A stretch of DNA of 64,000 nucleotides from Myxococcota bacterium (lineage in GTDB: Bacteria; Myxococcota_A; SURF-8). The notes under the pieces were generated by a model. It saw only the letters and a program-made list of their open reading frames with translations, had not been told where the DNA came from and made no database searches. The stretch spans positions 3,296,001 to 3,360,000 of the forward strand of contig OZ223209.1 in the NCBI GenBank assembly GCA_965140415.1, written 5' to 3'. The translations under genes and the position numbers were made by a program. Shown piece by piece: positions 10,768-20,581 of this stretch (the stretch's first letter is position 1; each line of letters opens with the position of its first letter).

Positions 10768-10795
10768 TTGACATTATGGCAAGCGCTCTTATTTT
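10768..10795 (+). promoter_or_regulatory. Putative grpE-cbpA promoter
   Basis: TTGACA-N16-TATTTT. Confidence 0.5.
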
Positions 10796-10851
10796 ACTAC
10801 CGACACGAGTTAGCAATTTGAACTGAACACTAGGGCAGGTGAGACGTTACG

Positions 10852-11475
10852 ATGATCAAGAACATTCCAATTGAAACAGACGATCCGAAAACTCCGGCAG
10901 AAGAAGAGGAGTTGGATTCTCAAAGTTCCGTGGCGGCAGAAAAAGCAGCGAGCGAAGCAGAGCCGAACTCAACGGATCAGCCTATCGAAGAGGAATCTGC
11001 AAACGCGCAGGATCCCTCCTTTGAGGACAATGAAAAAGCCGAGAAAACAAAGGAAGAAAATATCGATTGGAAAGACCGCTGCCTGCGCAGCATGGCGGAA
11101 CTGGACAACGCCACAAGAACGATCCCCAAGCGGATACAGGAAGGGATTTCCCGTTTCAAACGAGCTCATTTCGTTGAATTGCTGGAACTTTCCGATGCAT
11201 TGGATCGCGCCCTCTCCCAACTTCCTGGTCAGGATGACAGTTGGCGACAGGGATTAGAAACGATGCAACGCATGATGACCGATATCTTGGCAAAACAAGG
11301 GGTTACAAGAATCGAAACCGCGGGTAAAGTATTCGATCCCGCGCTGCACGAAGTCGTTAGCACGCAAAACAATCCCGAGTTCGAAGAGGGAATGATCATT
11401 GCGGAATTGCGCTCCGGCTGGATGATGGATGGCAACCTGCTAAGAGCTTCGATGGTCGTTGTGGCAAGCAGCTGA
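10852..11475 (+). CDS. grpE: Nucleotide exchange factor GrpE
   Basis: LRSMAELDN, FDPALHEVV, LRSGW...LLRASMVVV. Confidence 0.93.
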   Translation: MIKNIPIETDDPKTPAEEEELDSQSSVAAEKAASEAEPNSTDQPIEEESANAQDPSFEDNEKAEKTKEENIDWKDRCLRSMAELDNATRTIPKRIQEGISRFKRAHFVELLELSDALDRALSQLPGQDDSWRQGLETMQRMMTDILAKQGVTRIETAGKVFDPALHEVVSTQNNPEFEEGMIIAELRSGWMMDGNLLRASMVVVASS

Positions 11476-11506
11476 AAGCATTCTCCACTGAAAGAGATGA
11501 TTGTTA

Positions 11507-12484
11507 ATGGAATACATCGACTATTACAACGTACTGGGCATTGACCGTAAGGCGTCAAAAGAACAAATCACGAAAGCCTTTCGCGCATTGGCGAAGAAAT
11601 ATCACCCGGATATCAACAAAGCCCCGGAAGCGGAAACCAAATTCAAACAGGTGAATGAAGCTTACGAGGTTTTAAAAGATCCGGAAAAGCGGAAGAAATA
11701 CGACACATTAGGCGCGAACTGGAAAAATGGCGAACGCTTCCGACCACCTCCCGGCTGGGGCAACGTGCATATGGATTTCGAACAGGGAGGCGGCGCTGGC
11801 GGCTTTTCCGACTTCTTTAATTCGATTTTCGGAAATTTCGGAGGTGGAGGCGCGGGTCGTTCGGCAGGCGGCTTCGGTGGCTTTGAAGATCTGTTCTCGA
11901 ATTTTGGCGGAGCGAGCCACTCCCATCCCGGCGCCAGGCAACGCCCGATGCGAGGATCGGATCTGGAAGCGGACATCGAAATCAGCCTGGAAGACGCCTA
12001 TCGCGGAACGAGCAAGACGATTCAGCTTCAAACCGCATCCGGCGAGGTCATGACCTACCAGATCAGCATTCCGGCTGGTATCCGCAACGGTCAAAAGATC
12101 CGCCTTGCCGGTCAAGGAGCCAATGGCACTGCCGGGCCGCGTGGCGATCTGCTGATCACCGTTCGAATCACACCACATCCCCGTTTCAATGTCAAAGGGG
12201 ACGATCTTGTGCTTGAGCTTCCGATCACCCCTTGGGAAGCGGCTTTGGGAACGGTATTGCGCATTGAAACGCTGGCTGGTGAAATTGAAACCAAAATTCC
12301 GGCAGGGATGCAGTCTGGAAAACAACTGCGCCTGAAAGAGCGCGGCATGCCGATCAAAGGTGGAAAGAAAGGTGACTTATACATCAAGGTAAAAATCGTC
12401 ATTCCAACGTCATTGACGGAAGACGAGCGCAAGCTCTTTGAAGAATTGAGCGAGGTTTCCTCTTTTTCTCCGAGAAAGGCATAG
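11507..12484 (+). CDS. cbpA: DnaJ-class chaperone, CbpA-like (J domain, G/F region, CTD, no Zn finger)
   Basis: [26 protein letters not shown]; no CxxCxGxG. Confidence 0.88.
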   Translation: MEYIDYYNVLGIDRKASKEQITKAFRALAKKYHPDINKAPEAETKFKQVNEAYEVLKDPEKRKKYDTLGANWKNGERFRPPPGWGNVHMDFEQGGGAGGFSDFFNSIFGNFGGGGAGRSAGGFGGFEDLFSNFGGASHSHPGARQRPMRGSDLEADIEISLEDAYRGTSKTIQLQTASGEVMTYQISIPAGIRNGQKIRLAGQGANGTAGPRGDLLITVRITPHPRFNVKGDDLVLELPITPWEAALGTVLRIETLAGEIETKIPAGMQSGKQLRLKERGMPIKGGKKGDLYIKVKIVIPTSLTEDERKLFEELSEVSSFSPRKA

Positions 12485-12487
12485 AAA

Positions 12488-13621
12488 TCAGGAAACAATT
12501 ACACGGGCTCCATGAGGCTCGATTCGTGTAACGACTTCATAATTGATCGTGCCCAGCCACGAGGCCATCATTTCGGCGGAAATGCGGTCATCTCCCTGGT
12601 TACCAAGCAGGATGACTTCATCTCCGACTTGAGCGCGGGGAATATCGGTTACATCCGCCATGCACATGTTCATCGAAACACGCCCCAGAATCCTGGCTCT
12701 TCCACCGTGAATCAGCACGAACGCATCGTTGGACAACCCCCGATCGTAGCCATTGGCATAACCGACCGGCAATACGGCCATGCGAGTTTCCCGCGTGGTT
12801 CTGAACGTGCGCCCGTACCCGATGTATTCTCCGATACGCAGTCGCTTGACCTGGGCGATGCGTGTTTTCCACGTCATCACCGGCTTTAACTCAAGCGTTT
12901 CTCTACCCAAGTGTTGCGCAGACACAAAGGTTTCTTTGCTTGGCCAAAGCCCATACGTTCCAATTCCCACTCTTACCAGATCGAAATAGGTTTGCGGGAA
13001 CAATAATGTCGCCGCCGTACAGGCGGTATGTCGCAACTGAGGCCGCAACTGGAGTTCCTCCAGTTTGTGCAACACTTCCTTAAAGCGCTCAAGCTGCTGT
13101 TCTGCAAAACGATGATCCGTGGTGTCTTCGATATCGGCGAAATGAGTATAAATACCGGCAATATCGACACCAGGCTTTCGCCCAAGCTTTGCCGCCAGAG
13201 CCAACTCATCAGCGCATAATCCCTGTCGATTCGTACCGGTTTCAATTTTAAGGTGAACGTGTAGCGAGGAGCACTCGGCTTTCAATACCTCTTGCACAGC
13301 CTCTGTAGAAGCGATGGTAAGATGAATTCCCAGGCGGTCAGCATCCTCCAAGCATTCCGCCGGAGTGGGTCCATACACCAGGATGGGGACAGTAATGCCG
13401 CAACGACGTAACTGCAAGGCTTCCCAGATATTGAAAACTCCCAGCCATTGCGCGCCATGATTCAACACGATACGGGCAACAAGCTCCAGTCCATGACCGT
13501 AGGCGCCACTCTTAACGACCGAAAGCAGTTGCCGCTCTTCACCAATCAACCGTTTGAATTGACGTACATTGTGCGCCAGAGCGGATTCACTGACTTCAAC
13601 CCATGACAGAGCATCCAACAA
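12488..13621 (-). CDS. alr: Alanine racemase
   Basis: VVKSGAYGHG PLP-lysine motif, HLKIETG, GYANG, GRVSMN, GTINYEV. Confidence 0.95.
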   Translation of the reverse strand: MLDALSWVEVSESALAHNVRQFKRLIGEERQLLSVVKSGAYGHGLELVARIVLNHGAQWLGVFNIWEALQLRRCGITVPILVYGPTPAECLEDADRLGIHLTIASTEAVQEVLKAECSSLHVHLKIETGTNRQGLCADELALAAKLGRKPGVDIAGIYTHFADIEDTTDHRFAEQQLERFKEVLHKLEELQLRPQLRHTACTAATLLFPQTYFDLVRVGIGTYGLWPSKETFVSAQHLGRETLELKPVMTWKTRIAQVKRLRIGEYIGYGRTFRTTRETRMAVLPVGYANGYDRGLSNDAFVLIHGGRARILGRVSMNMCMADVTDIPRAQVGDEVILLGNQGDDRISAEMMASWLGTINYEVVTRIEPHGARVIVS

Positions 13622-13763
13622 ACCACTTCTCCCTATTGTGTATCAAGCTTACCGAGGACAAAAAGACAGGACATACTTTACCAGGAAATTGAAATTCCAC
13701 AAGACTCACGATTCGATAAAAAGGTGAGTGTCGTTCAGGTTTCAAAACACAGAAAGACAGGGA

Positions 13764-16541
13764 TCAAGGATGGCGTACGCTGATTTCGTCCAGAGCTTCT
13801 TTTGCCCGTTGAGACAAGATCGGATCTTTTTCTTTTTGTGCACGATTCAAGACGCCTTTCACCCGGCGACCCGATCCGATTTTGCCTAGCGTGGTACAAA
13901 CCGCCAGTTTCACACCGTCCGAAACGGAAATCGCACCTGTCGATTTCTTGAACAGGGTTTTCCAACCTCCGCCATATACGGTTTCCAGCAATTCCACCAA
14001 CAGGTTTTCAATCGCTTTCCTGCGCGGCTCGTCGAGATCATCCAGATTGCCTACAGCCCGAATGACCTGGACTCGCATGGAATCGTCATTGTTTTCACCC
14101 CGCCCTTCCAGAACATCCATATAGAAGCGCATCACGCGGTCATTGTGGCTTTTCAGATTGCCCAATCCAAAGATCGCTTTTTCCCGGACTTTGGCTTCTT
14201 GATCGTCCAACGCCTTGATCAAGTGGGTTTCCGCCACATCCGGCGCAAGCTTGACCAATGCATTGATGGTTTCCTCGCGAACGGATGAATTCTCATGGTA
14301 CAACAGCAGTGTCAGTTTCCCGACAACCTTCTTGTCCCCAACAACACTTAGGATATTAATGACGTTACGCAGGAAATACCAGGGATTGCCCTCTCGGTAC
14401 AATTCAGTAATGAGGTAAGGCACACCATTGGGACCGATATCGGTAATGGCTCTGATCAGTTGCTTGCGCACCCATTTGTCATCGTGATCTTTCAACAAGG
14501 TCAACAACATGGGAACGGATTTGGAACCGAAAGTCACAAACACTCCGGTAGCCAACGCGCGCAGATCTTTGTCGTCCGACTCGAATGCTTCGCGCAATTG
14601 GTCCAGGACATTGGTACTTGCTATATAATCAAACAATCTGCGTGTTTTGCTTTTTCGGCGTACGTCGCGATCATCCAAGTGCTTGCGAGCCGCATCGATG
14701 ATACGACCGACAAGTAGAAATTCTTTTTTCTCCGACAGTAACGGAACAACTCGCTGGAACCGATTCAAGAATTCAGAGAAATCACGATCTCCCAGGTGGG
14801 AATCGAAACGCTCCAGAATTTCATCGGCGTGTTCCAAGAAGGCTTCCATCAATTTCTTATTGGTGATTCGCTCCTGAATACGCACAGGCAAGGTCTGGAA
14901 GGCAATCATTTTGTGTCCGAAAAACACTTCCAATGCTTCATCTGCATTCGGATCTTTTTCTTCAAGGAAACGATCGGCGATATGCTTGAAAATACGAACT
15001 AAAACTTTTTCCTGTTCGCTGGCCTTCTGTCGCTGTACTTCCAAAGGTGCCTTGCGCTGCAGTTCGCGAACGCCATCCAGTTCCTTAAGCAGCACATAAG
15101 ACGTTTCTGCCAGGAATTTCATGTCCGCACCACGGATCATGAACTGCTCGACATCGATGTCTTTTGTAACGGTACTACCTTCAATGGCATCCATAATCAA
15201 ATCGGCATTGAGCAACACCGCAATCATAAAGGATGGGTTGCGCAGCGGCTTGATTGTATCCGAGAAGATGCGAATCTTGATTTTGGCAAGCTCGTCTTCG
15301 GTCGCATTTTTCAACAGAGGAACCGTTTTCAAATCTTTTTTCAGGCGGGAGAGCGTCAACTCCGCCTGCCAAGGGAGCTTTCGCCCACTGGAAATGATAT
15401 CTTCATCGAAAATGGCGCTGATCTCGAAAATACCGCTTTCAACCAATGTCTTTGTAAAGCGCTCACCCTCTTTTCGACTATCCTCGCGGAATTCCGGAGA
15501 ATACATACTAAGCAAATCGATAAAGCGGTTGAACTTGTCTTCGTTGATTCCGCGCTTGATCGACAATGAAATCAAGCAACGCCTTTCCAGGTATTCTAAA
15601 AAGCGTGGGATGTACAATTCCGCCATACCGTGAGGCATGATCTCACGCAATCCCAGCATTTCATCTAGCACGCCGTCGACCAGAACGTCTTTTTCATCAC
15701 CGATGGCCTTGCGGATAAAGTTGACTTCGCGCCGTTTTCCAATGATCTTTCGCAGCAGAGCGTACAATCCCTTCTTGGCCTTAACGGCTTCGGGATGGTT
15801 CGAGTCCGCATAGTATCCGGAACGCTGCACGGATTTTGTAAAGGCTAGAATATAGGCAACGACATATTTCTTTTGTTCAAGGTAGGGATCGTCCTCGGCG
15901 CTCATCCCCTCCTTTTTAGGCATGATCAGATCACCGGAAACACCCTTCAGTTCTTCAGGTAATTCAGCCTCAATAAGATCTTCATCGTCGGGAGAATCTT
16001 CCGCTAACATCGCAGCAACGGCAGCGCGATCCTCCTCACTGCGCTCAGCAGGAGCAGCAGGTTTTGGTTTCTTTTCCGCTTTGGCTTTACTGGGCGTTGA
16101 CGTTGAGGGAGAAGGCTTGGCTTCAGGAGTTGGCAGAGAAGTTGGGAGATCATCTTCCAACCCACCTAAATCGATCGTAAGATCGGAATCTGAAATGTCG
16201 ATGTCCGCTTTATCTTCCGAAAGCGCATCCATCACCAGTTGCTTGTGTTCCGCAGAAAAATCAACCAGTTTAAACAAAGATATCGAGTAGGGTTTTTCCC
16301 CCTGCTCCTTAACTTTTTCCACATCAGCCTGAATCTCGAACGATTGGCCATTTGGGAGGACAAACACAAGTTGCTTGCTATCCCCCGGTCGTGCCTCGGA
16401 AGAAGTACGCACAACTGCGCGACTGGACTTAAGATATTTGTCGAAGTTCTTTTCCAGTTCGTCCTTGGAATCGAACGTGATTTCAATCTTGGATTCCCCA
16501 GCCCAGTCCGTCCCATCCTTTGTGGGTCCCGTGAATATCAT
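13764..16541 (-). CDS. HEAT-repeat protein with an N-terminal degenerate PilZ-like domain
   Basis: C-terminal HEAT repeats (KWVRKQLIRAI, WYFLRNVINIL, VREETINAL, VREKAIFGL); N-terminal beta domain; acidic/Pro-rich linker. Confidence 0.65.
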   Translation of the reverse strand: MIFTGPTKDGTDWAGESKIEITFDSKDELEKNFDKYLKSSRAVVRTSSEARPGDSKQLVFVLPNGQSFEIQADVEKVKEQGEKPYSISLFKLVDFSAEHKQLVMDALSEDKADIDISDSDLTIDLGGLEDDLPTSLPTPEAKPSPSTSTPSKAKAEKKPKPAAPAERSEEDRAAVAAMLAEDSPDDEDLIEAELPEELKGVSGDLIMPKKEGMSAEDDPYLEQKKYVVAYILAFTKSVQRSGYYADSNHPEAVKAKKGLYALLRKIIGKRREVNFIRKAIGDEKDVLVDGVLDEMLGLREIMPHGMAELYIPRFLEYLERRCLISLSIKRGINEDKFNRFIDLLSMYSPEFREDSRKEGERFTKTLVESGIFEISAIFDEDIISSGRKLPWQAELTLSRLKKDLKTVPLLKNATEDELAKIKIRIFSDTIKPLRNPSFMIAVLLNADLIMDAIEGSTVTKDIDVEQFMIRGADMKFLAETSYVLLKELDGVRELQRKAPLEVQRQKASEQEKVLVRIFKHIADRFLEEKDPNADEALEVFFGHKMIAFQTLPVRIQERITNKKLMEAFLEHADEILERFDSHLGDRDFSEFLNRFQRVVPLLSEKKEFLLVGRIIDAARKHLDDRDVRRKSKTRRLFDYIASTNVLDQLREAFESDDKDLRALATGVFVTFGSKSVPMLLTLLKDHDDKWVRKQLIRAITDIGPNGVPYLITELYREGNPWYFLRNVINILSVVGDKKVVGKLTLLLYHENSSVREETINALVKLAPDVAETHLIKALDDQEAKVREKAIFGLGNLKSHNDRVMRFYMDVLEGRGENNDDSMRVQVIRAVGNLDDLDEPRRKAIENLLVELLETVYGGGWKTLFKKSTGAISVSDGVKLAVCTTLGKIGSGRRVKGVLNRAQKEKDPILSQRAKEALDEISVRHP

Positions 16542-16740
16542 CAGAGATCGTCTCCACGTGATAGGTTCCGCTTCATGTATTGATCACTTGCCCCAACATT
16601 AAAATTAACATAAAAAGCTAAAATTAGCAAACAATTACTAATCTTGAAGAAGAACGCAAGATTAAAATCCCACCATATCATTCTTCCTAGGCCCCACCCA
16701 ATCCGAATGAAAATAAATTCTATCGAAAACCAAGTGCCAT

Positions 16741-16814
16741 TGACAATAATGTCAGGAATTCAACCCAGCCACACCCACTATGACATATTCATCAATGACA
16801 TGACATTGATGTCA
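16741..16814. promoter_or_regulatory. Tandem TGACA-N4-TGTCA palindromes, putative enhancer-binding-protein sites
   Basis: tgacaataatgtca 16741-54; tgacattgatgtca 16801-14; imperfect copy 16780-93. Confidence 0.6.
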
Positions 16815-16891
16815 CACAGAAAACCACTGAAAGGAAAGAACAGTAACCCTGATTTTTCCTATAACACTGTTTTCTCAGGCTATTTTATTAT

Positions 16892-16907
16892 TGGCACAGA
16901 GGGTGCA
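16892..16907 (+). promoter_or_regulatory. Sigma54 (-24/-12) promoter
   Basis: TGGCACAGAGGGTGCA has GG-N10-GC spacing; ~50 nt upstream of ATG 16960. Confidence 0.65.
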
Positions 16908-16959
16908 TACAATACTTAACGTTAATGAAGTCACATCACATCTCGAACAGGAGGGTGTC

Positions 16960-18867
16960 ATGCCGAAATATTTGTCAGTATGGTTTCTTATGATCTTGAT
17001 GTCACTAACGCTATCCGCCTGCGATTTCGGCGATGATGATCCCATCGATTCCGGCAACGATGACACCACAGACGGCGATAGCACAGATGGAGACAGTTCT
17101 GGAAATTCCAATTCCGGCAACACTTGGACCACCGATGGCGATGCCACCGACGGCGATGCTTCAATCGATGGAGATGGCTACAAACAGCAATGTCAAAGCA
17201 ATGCGGACTGTGGCAGTGACGCCTATTGCCACAATGGACAATGCTACGCCAACAACACGGTAGATGGCGACTCTGTGGCGGATGGCGACTGGAACGGGCC
17301 GCTAACCGATGGTGATGCCTCAGAAAGCGAAGGCACCCATCTTCCAGATGGTGATTACCCTGTTGACGGTGATTACCCTGTTGATGGAGATGAGTTGATT
17401 GACGGCGACTCGTCCCCCGATGGAGATGCCTTGATCGACGGTGATGCGGAAATGGCAGCCGATCAGGACTTTGGAATCGATGGCGATGAAGATGGCACAG
17501 AAGGAGTAGAAGAAGAAATTCAGGAACTGGTCTGCCCGGATAATCAAGATCCGATGGTTCTTTACCTCTCTTCCGATGACTCCAACTCGCAGGCTTCACC
17601 TATTTTTGCTCGTGCGGCAATCCACGCGAATTCAATTGTGTATCCAGCAAACGTGCGCATCTACGAATTTCTGAACTACTATGACTTGTCTTATGATGGC
17701 CCCAGTGACCGCCCTGCCAGCGTGGGAATGCAGATGCGCTGGAAAGACCAGGAAATCGGGGAATATTCGTTACTGGCATACGCCCAAGGCCGTAAAGTAC
17801 AAGCTGAAAATCGACGCCCGTTAAACATCGTCTTTTCTCTGGACACATCCGGCTCCATGAGTGGACATCCCATTACCATGATGAAGTATATCCTGCGAGC
17901 CATGGCAAGTGTGCTTGACGAAGGCGATGTCATCTCCCTGGTGAAATGGAGTAGCAGTCAAACCGTGCTTCTGGATGGATACAACGTCCAACAGAAAAAC
18001 GACCCTACCCTGCTTCAAATTGCAAACAGCTTGTCCGCTGGCGGTTCAACCGATTTGAACTCGGGTTTGGCCACCGCCTATCGCCTCGCTCGTGAAAACT
18101 TCTCTGCGTCACGTATTAATCGAGTGGTGATGATCTCCGATGGCGGCGCGAATGTCGGAGTTACAAGCGCGGACCTGATTGCCAATTCGGCTCAAGATCA
18201 GGATGGCGAAGGCATTTACCTGGTCGGCGTTGGTGTCAGCGAATATGGCGGTTATCGCGAGGATCTGATGAATACCGTCACCGACAAAGGCAAAGGCGCC
18301 TACTTGTTTATCGATTCGCAAGCGGAAGCCGAAAAGATGTTCGGCAACCCGACCCGCTTCCTGGCCAATATGGAAGTGGCCGCAAGAAACGTGAGAATGG
18401 AATTGACCATGCCCTGGTATTTCCGTATGGCGGAATTCCATGGCGAAGAATATTCCGAAAACCCGGAAGAAGTGGAACCGCAACATCTTGCGCCTAACGA
18501 TGCCATGAGCTTCCACCAGATCATTCAAGCATGCGATCCGGAACTACCCGCCACCACGGACATCTTTAAAGCACGCGTGGATTACGAAGATCCGATTACC
18601 CGTCAGCCGATGTACGAAGAGATCGAAATGTCGATCAGCGAACTGTTCAGTTCGAGCGCCTCTCAATTGAAAAAAGCCGACATCATTGTCATGTACGCTC
18701 AAGGTCTGATCGATATCGGAAACCTGTGGTATCGCGGACATTGGAATGAGGCCAGAGACCTCGCCGACGAGTTGGCAGAAGACCTGCTTCAAGCTGCCGG
18801 ACAACTGAATGATCCGGAGATTCTGGAGATCGTGGAGTTGATGGAAACCTACGCAGACCATTTATAG
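16960..18867 (+). CDS. Lipoprotein with DGD-repeat linker and vWA domain (YfbK-like)
   Basis: Lipobox LSAC; many DGD repeats; MIDAS DTSGSM, GGSTDL, ISDGGANVG. Confidence 0.85.
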   Translation: MPKYLSVWFLMILMSLTLSACDFGDDDPIDSGNDDTTDGDSTDGDSSGNSNSGNTWTTDGDATDGDASIDGDGYKQQCQSNADCGSDAYCHNGQCYANNTVDGDSVADGDWNGPLTDGDASESEGTHLPDGDYPVDGDYPVDGDELIDGDSSPDGDALIDGDAEMAADQDFGIDGDEDGTEGVEEEIQELVCPDNQDPMVLYLSSDDSNSQASPIFARAAIHANSIVYPANVRIYEFLNYYDLSYDGPSDRPASVGMQMRWKDQEIGEYSLLAYAQGRKVQAENRRPLNIVFSLDTSGSMSGHPITMMKYILRAMASVLDEGDVISLVKWSSSQTVLLDGYNVQQKNDPTLLQIANSLSAGGSTDLNSGLATAYRLARENFSASRINRVVMISDGGANVGVTSADLIANSAQDQDGEGIYLVGVGVSEYGGYREDLMNTVTDKGKGAYLFIDSQAEAEKMFGNPTRFLANMEVAARNVRMELTMPWYFRMAEFHGEEYSENPEEVEPQHLAPNDAMSFHQIIQACDPELPATTDIFKARVDYEDPITRQPMYEEIEMSISELFSSSASQLKKADIIVMYAQGLIDIGNLWYRGHWNEARDLADELAEDLLQAAGQLNDPEILEIVELMETYADHL

Positions 18868-18893
18868 GGGTTGGGTTGTCGCCACCCACCCCG

Positions 18894-18969
18894 ACCGTCG
18901 CTTGCATGGTATATGTCCAACCCTCTCCTCCCAAGCCCTACTAGGATGGTCAGACATGCAAGCGATGGT
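18894..18969. repeat. Intergenic inverted repeat
   Basis: accgtcgcttgcatg ... catgcaagcgatggt. Confidence 0.5.
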
Positions 18970-19155
18970 GTTTTAATATGAATTCAATTGACGAAGTGAA
19001 AAGGAACAAGTATTATGCTGAACCGTCACGTAACCAACAACATGCAGGGACATCTCAGCACAGGAAATCCGAATGTTTTCATTGGAGAGGCGCCGGAGTC
19101 TTGTTGTGTAACAACGGCACCTCAGAACCTTTGTTGTCTTGAAAAAGGAGGTATC

Positions 19156-20445
19156 ATGAAACCGCTAAGAAAACTACTCATTTTACTAACCCTGGTGTTA
19201 TTCACCTTTCCTGCCTGGGCAGACTCGGTCGACGGCGACATCATTGCAGATGGAGACGTGACATTGGACGGTGACATCGCGTCCGTCACCTGTCAAGGCG
19301 AGCGTGGCAATTGTGAAGTAATGCCGACCCTGGTAAACTGCGAATGCGCAGACGGATCTGGTTCCGGACTCGGCGGGCCTGGATTTGAGATGACCGAAGC
19401 TGCCTGTCTGGAAATCCTCGAATCCTCTTGCGCGCTTCCGCCCGAAATCTGTGGAACGGAAAAAGGCATCTGTGAAGTCCATGAAGACGGTCGCTTTTCC
19501 TGCATTTGTGCAGACGGCAGCACGGTCCCCGATCTGGATGGTGACATCGACAGCGACTGGATTGTTCCCGATGGGGACGCTCCGGTCGACGGCGATGATG
19601 GCCCAATACCTGTCGATGGCGATGCAATCCCTCAAAGTCTCGCCCCTGTCGTTGATGGCGATGTCGCAATTGACGGTGATGAGGAACAAACCACCTTGGC
19701 GTGCACAGCCGTTCTTACGGACAACTGCCCGAACGACCCACCCAATCCCGCCGATTCTTGTAGCACGGAAGCATTGACCTTATGCAACAGCATTGTCGAT
19801 TTCGTTGGAGATTGCACTTCGGAACCCTCCTTGGCCTTCCGCGTCATTCTCTGTTGCGGCATGCATGCTGAAGATGCACAAGCCTTAGAGGACATGTGGA
19901 CCTGCATACAACAAGAAGGTTGCGATAACTTCCAGACCTGTTTTGGTGGCGGAGAAGATGGCGATGCGATTGCAGACGGCGATGTAGTGAGCGTGGATGG
20001 AGACAGCGGTCAAACCACGGACGGCGATGCGATCATGGATGGAGACATCACCGACGGCGATATTCTTGTCGATGGCGATGCAATTGCCGATGGCGACACA
20101 GCCTCCCCCGATGGCGACGATGTCACAACTGATGGCGACACAGTTTCTCCCGACGGCGATGATGCCACCACCGATGGCGACACAGCTTCTCCCGATGGCG
20201 ACACAGCCTCCCCCGATGGCGACGATGTTACACCCGATGGAGACACAGCCTCCCCTGATGGTGACGATGCCACCGTCGATGGCGATGATGCCACTACCGA
20301 CGGCGATGATTCCACAACCGACGGCGACACCAATGAAGACGACGATGACGATGGTTGCCAGCACAGTGGCAATCCCGCAGGTTTGATGCTGCTGTTCAGC
20401 TTCGGTCTGCTCGCGCTGCAACGCCGCCGCCGCTTCACTCTCTAA
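19156..20445 (+). CDS. Secreted Cys-rich DGD-repeat protein with a MYXO-CTERM-like sorting tail
   Basis: AGGAGG RBS; signal peptide ...FPAWA; C-terminal GCQHSGNPAGLMLLFSFGLLALQRRRR. Confidence 0.8.
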   Translation: MKPLRKLLILLTLVLFTFPAWADSVDGDIIADGDVTLDGDIASVTCQGERGNCEVMPTLVNCECADGSGSGLGGPGFEMTEAACLEILESSCALPPEICGTEKGICEVHEDGRFSCICADGSTVPDLDGDIDSDWIVPDGDAPVDGDDGPIPVDGDAIPQSLAPVVDGDVAIDGDEEQTTLACTAVLTDNCPNDPPNPADSCSTEALTLCNSIVDFVGDCTSEPSLAFRVILCCGMHAEDAQALEDMWTCIQQEGCDNFQTCFGGGEDGDAIADGDVVSVDGDSGQTTDGDAIMDGDITDGDILVDGDAIADGDTASPDGDDVTTDGDTVSPDGDDATTDGDTASPDGDTASPDGDDVTPDGDTASPDGDDATVDGDDATTDGDDSTTDGDTNEDDDDDGCQHSGNPAGLMLLFSFGLLALQRRRRFTL

Positions 20446-20470
20446 TCTGAATCAACCATTCAGTTCTCTT

Positions 20471-20496
20471 CGGCCCGGAGCAATCCGGGCCGTTTT
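20471..20496 (+). terminator. Rho-independent terminator
   Basis: cggcccgga-gcaa-tccgggccg-tttt. Confidence 0.75.
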
Positions 20497-20516
20497 CGTT
20501 ACACCATGAAAAGCGC

Positions 20517-20545
20517 TTGACCCTGCACCACTTCACCCCTAGGAT
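20517..20545 (+). promoter_or_regulatory. Sigma70-like polA promoter
   Basis: TTGACC-N17-TAGGAT. Confidence 0.55.
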
Positions 20546-20581
20546 GAATTCCGTTGTGATTATGTAGAAAACGGGGAACTG

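Noticed and set aside
10530-10850. CIRCE or HAIR operator
   Set aside because: No adequate match to TTAGCACTC-N9-GAGTGCTAA or CTTGAGT-N7-ACTCAAG
20090-20330. Periodic 21-nt repeat as a CRISPR or iteron array
   Set aside because: In-frame coding minisatellite of DGD units with no unique spacers
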